64,000 bases of DNA. Source: Chloroflexota bacterium. GTDB lineage: Bacteria; Chloroflexota; Dehalococcoidia; Lucifugimonadales; JADFKI01. Location of the stretch: assembly GCA_027623195.1 (NCBI GenBank), contig JAQBUT010000018.1:1-64000 (forward strand), written 5' to 3'. The notes beneath the pieces are model-generated. The model searched no databases and was not told the DNA's origin. It saw only the letters and a program-made list of their open reading frames with translations. This document shows, in pieces, positions 59,914-64,000 of the stretch. Within the stretch, counting starts at the first letter, position 1, and the number at the start of each line of letters is the position of its first letter. The translations under genes and the position numbers were made by a program.

Positions 59914-60174
59914 CCAGACACCAAAATCAGGCGCCTTTCGTTGAAGCCGTTGCTCCGAAGGCGCTGTCCATAAGACCGGGTTGAACTTGACCTCATAGTC
60001 AAGTTGGCGAAGCATTCAGAAACTTTCCCCATTTTGCCCTGTTAACGGCTTTAGTTTTGTAGGTGCTAAGTTTATTTATTACACCAAGACAGTATTGAGC
60101 GGACGGGCATTTATCTGGCTGCAAATGAATTTCGGCACCGCCAGAGTTATCAGCGGTGTTGAGCAGGAGCAACG

Positions 60175-60505
60175 GTGGCAACTACCACCGCAATAGATCT
60201 AAGCATTAAATTTAGAGACCGAAATGCCACGATCTTCGTCATTGGGTTAGTTAGCGTAGGCGTACCTCCGAATGCAAACGGCGGGTTGTCCAACAGTGGC
60301 AAAGCTAAGCTCGAACTATGTAGGCAACCTTATTTTGTGTAGCCGATCTGTGCATCATAGGCGCAGGACCAAGGGATACACGTCGCAGTGGACTGACCTT
60401 GTAATCATCAATCCCGACCTTAGCGTCTACGACAGTCAGCGGGTTACGGACAGTAGGCAGTTCGCTTTCAATACCCTGAACACCACAAGAGGCATAAAGT
60501 CTCTA
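60175..60505 (+). pseudogene. Collapsed remnant of a nucleotide-sugar dehydrogenase (WecC/WbpO-type)
   Basis: AGGAG + GTG then ...KFRDRNATIFVIGLVSVGVP (decayed VIGLGYVGLP); other frame DLVIINPDLSVYD...NTLNTTRG (decayed D.VVI.TDH..YD...DTRN.TRG). Confidence 0.55.
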
Positions 60506-60669
60506 GGCAGCACGATGAAGCCATTGTGCTTATGCTTTGGGCAAACCAGTGGACATCATCAATAGTGACATGGAATTTTGAGGAAATGGACAAGAAGCTA
60601 GGCTTCTTGGTCAGGTGATTGGATGGACTTGAAGAGCCGCATCTGCAGACCATACGCAAGATTTAATCT

Positions 60670-61983
60670 ATGAATATTGCAATGATCGGTACAGGGTACG
60701 TCGGACTGGTGACAGGGACCTGCTTGGCCGAATTCGGAAACCGCGTCATATGTGTGGACAAAGATGAGGATAAAATCCGGTCCCTCAATGAGGGGTGTCT
60801 TCCGATCTATGAAACCGGATTAGATGAGTTGTACCAGCGAAACCGAAAGGATAACCGGCTTCAGTTCTCCACAGATCTTGCCAGCGCGGTTCAAGATTCG
60901 CAATTAATATTCATTTGCGTCGGAACTCCCTCCAATGTTGACGGGTCCACTGATCTTGGCGCCGTGTTTGGCGTGGCTAAACAGGTAGGACGAGCCATGA
61001 ACGAATACAAGATCGTTATAACAAAAAGCACCGTGCCGGTGGGCACAACGGAGCGCATAAGGTCTCTTATCGCAGATGAAACGGAAATAGATTTCGATGT
61101 TGCATCTAACCCGGAATTCCTAAAGGAAGGCGAAGCTCTAAACGACTTTCTTAAGCCTGACAAGATTGTTATAGGCGCCGATGCCCAAGACGTTACTCAC
61201 ACGCTCAAGGAGTTGTACAGTCCTTTTGTTCAATCACAAAATCCAATTATAGTCATGGATATACAAAGCTCCGAGATGACGAAATACGCCTGCAACGCGA
61301 TGCTGGCCGCCAAGATCTCATTCATGAATGAGATAGCCAACATGTGTGACCTTTTAGGCGCCGACGTGGAAATGGTCCGCAAAGGTGTTAGCGCCGATTC
61401 GAGAATAGGCCCACACTTTCTCTTTCCGGGCCTGGGATACGGTGGGAGTTGCCTTCCGAAAGACGTGAAGTCACTTGTTCACATGGGCCGTGAACACGAT
61501 TTCTCTCTCCGTATCTGCGAGGCCATCGACAGCGTGAACGAGGGCCAGACCAATATGATGATCAATAAGATACACCAGCACTTTGATGGTGATCTCAAGA
61601 ACAAGAACATCGCTGTGTGGGGACTGGCGTTCAAGCCCCATACAGATGACATCAGAGAGGCCCCGTCGATCAAGACGATTACGTCATTGCTTCAGAAGGG
61701 GTCTAATGTCGCAGCGCATGATCCTAAGGCCATCGGGACCGCACGAGCAGTCTTGGGGGACGACGTGAAGTACCACGAAGACTGTTACAGCGCCCTTAAA
61801 GGTGCGAACGCCCTGGTTATCGCCACGGAGTGGAGCGAATTTCGAAATCCGGACTTCGCAAAAATAAAGAAGCTTATGGCGCAACCTGTCATATTCGATG
61901 GACGTAATATCTACGATCCGTCAAAACTTCGGGAACTCGGCTTCACATACTACGGCATGGGAAGACCGGCCGTTGCTTCTTAA
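60670..61983 (+). CDS. ugd: UDP-glucose 6-dehydrogenase
   Basis: IGTGYVGLV, ICVGTP, KSTVPVGT, SNPEFLKEG, SEMTKY, GYGGSCLPKD, GLAFKP.TDD.RE, FDGRN. Confidence 0.93.
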   Translation: MNIAMIGTGYVGLVTGTCLAEFGNRVICVDKDEDKIRSLNEGCLPIYETGLDELYQRNRKDNRLQFSTDLASAVQDSQLIFICVGTPSNVDGSTDLGAVFGVAKQVGRAMNEYKIVITKSTVPVGTTERIRSLIADETEIDFDVASNPEFLKEGEALNDFLKPDKIVIGADAQDVTHTLKELYSPFVQSQNPIIVMDIQSSEMTKYACNAMLAAKISFMNEIANMCDLLGADVEMVRKGVSADSRIGPHFLFPGLGYGGSCLPKDVKSLVHMGREHDFSLRICEAIDSVNEGQTNMMINKIHQHFDGDLKNKNIAVWGLAFKPHTDDIREAPSIKTITSLLQKGSNVAAHDPKAIGTARAVLGDDVKYHEDCYSALKGANALVIATEWSEFRNPDFAKIKKLMAQPVIFDGRNIYDPSKLRELGFTYYGMGRPAVAS

Positions 61984-62257
61984 GGTACCTATAGCACGTT
62001 GAGGGGCTTCGGAAAACCTTTTCCCGTCTCCGTCACCCGAGCATATCGGAAATTAGACCCTGATGCAGTTCTGCATTCATACCTCCGTGAGTTTTGCTTG
62101 GGCAAAGATTGGCGGCAGGAGCAAAAGCGGATTATCCCCGGAGAATTTTTCAAACGATCTGACGAATTCCCGTATTCCTCACGCATTGATTCCACCAGGC
62201 CTTCTGGACAATACGGTGCTCTGATGCAGGAATATTCAGTTCGGAAAGGAGTTGCCA

Positions 62258-63448
62258 ATGACCCAAGTGCCCATTCTTCGAATTCCATTTGACGATCAGG
62301 ACCGGCAGTTTATCCATGATGGCATGGACGATATACTGGATTCCGGTTTTCTGACGCTTGGAAAGTGGACCACTCAATTTGAGGAGATGTTCGCAGCGTT
62401 CGCAGGTACTCGTCACTGTGTAGCCGTGAATAGCGGTACTGCCGCTTTAGAAGTCATCCTACGCGCCCTCGGAATTCAGGACGCCTCGGTTATTGTGCCC
62501 ACGAATACTTTCTTGGCTACGGGGTTGGCGGCAATCCATGCAGGTAACCGCATAATATTTGCAGATTCAGACCGAGAAACCCTTTCCTTAGACGTAGCCG
62601 ACGTAGAGCGCCGAATAACAGCGGACACAAAAGCAGTTATCTTGGTACATATCGGCGGAATCATGTCGCCGGCATGGAAAGACCTCAAGGCTCTCTGTGA
62701 TCGGCGCGGGCTGTACTTAATCGAAGACTGTGCGCATGCCCACGGAAGCTCCATTGACGGCCAACCAGCAGGCAGCCTAGGAGTTGCGGGCGCATTCTCC
62801 TTCTTCCCAACTAAAGTCCTAACTACTGGGGAGGGAGGTGCGATAGTTACCGATGATGAAGAGTTGTTTCGCAAAAGCCGGATGATTCGCAACCAGGGCA
62901 AGAACCCGGACGTGGGCAACCGCATATCGGAACTGGGGCATAACTTCCGCATGTCCGAATTCAACGCCCTCGTAGCAACACAGCAGATGCGTAAGGCAGA
63001 CTCCATCCTTGAGGAGCGACGCAGCATCGCTGAATTTTACGATCGCGAACTGGTGAATATAGAGGGGTTGAGACCCCTGCGTACCTTCGGCCCTTCGGGG
63101 TACTACAAGTACCTCGTATCCCTCGCCGAGGGGATAGACCGAGACCAACTCAAGAGTGTAATGAGAGCGGACCACGGGGTCTCACTCACTGGAGAGGTTT
63201 ACGCTGAGCTCTGTCACGATGAACCACTGTGGGACTCCTTTACATATTGTGGCAAGATGCGCAATGGTTCACGGGAAGTCTGCGACCATAAGGACGGCGT
63301 AGCTTGTACGGATAGACAGACGGGCTTCCCAAATGCAGAATACATCAGCCGGAGCCACATCTGTTTGCCTGTATACCCCGGGTTAAGCGAAGAGCAGCTG
63401 GGCCATGTCGTAAGATCGCTGGAGGCCACTCTACGCCAGATAGCGTGA
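62258..63448 (+). CDS. DegT/DnrJ/EryC1/StrS sugar aminotransferase
   Basis: VNSGTAAL, PTNTF.AT, VHIGG, EDCAHAHG, FSFFPTKVLTTGEGG, G.NFRMSE, LPVYP. Confidence 0.92.
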   Translation: MTQVPILRIPFDDQDRQFIHDGMDDILDSGFLTLGKWTTQFEEMFAAFAGTRHCVAVNSGTAALEVILRALGIQDASVIVPTNTFLATGLAAIHAGNRIIFADSDRETLSLDVADVERRITADTKAVILVHIGGIMSPAWKDLKALCDRRGLYLIEDCAHAHGSSIDGQPAGSLGVAGAFSFFPTKVLTTGEGGAIVTDDEELFRKSRMIRNQGKNPDVGNRISELGHNFRMSEFNALVATQQMRKADSILEERRSIAEFYDRELVNIEGLRPLRTFGPSGYYKYLVSLAEGIDRDQLKSVMRADHGVSLTGEVYAELCHDEPLWDSFTYCGKMRNGSREVCDHKDGVACTDRQTGFPNAEYISRSHICLPVYPGLSEEQLGHVVRSLEATLRQIA

Positions 63449-63522
63449 GATTACCTACACATTGGAATGCAAAGAACTGAAATAAATTTACAAGTCATAA
63501 CGATCAGCTACCTGGAGGAAAA

Positions 63523-64000
63523 TTGAGAGTATTAGTAACCGGTGGAGCGGGATTCATTGGGTCCCGTGTGGTTAATAAATTATGTGATTACGGGGTCACT
63601 GTTCGAGTATTTGATCTGTCGCCACCTCTTCGAGATGACGTCGACTACTATCAGGGAAGCATTCTCGAGATCGGGGAGTTGCGTTCCGCAATGCAAGGCG
63701 TTGATGCCGTCATGCACCTGGCCGCAGTGGCCGACGTCAAGGATGTATTCGATGCGCCCCATCACTCGGAGATGGTTAACGTACGGGGAACGGCCAACGT
63801 TTTGGAGGCCATGAGACTTAACCGGATTCCCCGGCTAGTGTACGGCAGTACGACCTGGGTGTACGAGGCTGCCGTGCCTGAGGTGGTGGATGAATCAACG
63901 CCACTCGGGTCTCCTGCTCATCTATATACCGCTACCAAGATGGCCGGGGAATACTACTGTCGCTCCTACGCCAGTCTGTACGACATGGAGCCTACAGTTT
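63523..64000 (+). CDS. NAD-dependent epimerase/dehydratase (3'-truncated by window end)
   Basis: GGAGG + TTG: MRVLVTGGAGFIGS...HLAA...NVRGTANVLEA...STTWVY...YTATK; absent from the ORF track because no stop falls in the window. Confidence 0.9.
   Translation, partial: MRVLVTGGAGFIGSRVVNKLCDYGVTVRVFDLSPPLRDDVDYYQGSILEIGELRSAMQGVDAVMHLAAVADVKDVFDAPHHSEMVNVRGTANVLEAMRLNRIPRLVYGSTTWVYEAAVPEVVDESTPLGSPAHLYTATKMAGEYYCRSYASLYDMEPTV

Noticed and set aside
60006..60013. GGCGAAGC as an ops-like pause element
   Set aside because: Too short to distinguish from chance without conservation data
61999..62292. 97-aa ORF between ugd and the DegT gene
   Set aside because: No SD, no recognisable motif, overlaps the next gene; may be a decayed remnant but this is not supportable
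1..64000. tRNA, rRNA, prophage or transposase genes
   Set aside because: No cloverleaf/T-loop signatures, rRNA motifs or mobile-element proteins recognised

Overview
64-kb gene-dense bacterial segment. Its content suggests Chloroflexota/Dehalococcoidia, probably SAR202-like (paralogous SDRs, luciferase-like monooxygenase, peptide/nickel ABC cassettes, DUF3500, NHL lyase-like protein); this taxonomy is inference only. Left to right: surface proteins (a PKD-repeat protein with an archaeal-style PGF-pre-PGF-like C-terminus); catabolic enzymes (VOC, MmgE/PrpD, aldolase/SDR, SDRs, cyclase); a 9.4-kb all-ABC-transporter block; an oxygenase cluster; housekeeping genes (metH, polA, EndoQ family, pyrG, rho) mixed with MFS and sugar-acid enzymes; and the start of a surface-polysaccharide locus (Wzz-like paralogs, O-antigen-ligase-like, EPS-type MarR, NusG/RfaH paralog, ugd, DegT, epimerase). 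No rRNA, tRNA, CRISPR array or intact mobile element was recognised. Most unusual signals: (1) both ends of the ABC block are in-frame gene chimeras; (2) two genes appear to start at ATC behind good Shine-Dalgarno sites; (3) a candidate rod-shaped ncRNA upstream of pyrG; (4) a perfect 39-bp palindrome; (5) several gene remnants. All family calls come from motif recognition by eye; no database search was run.
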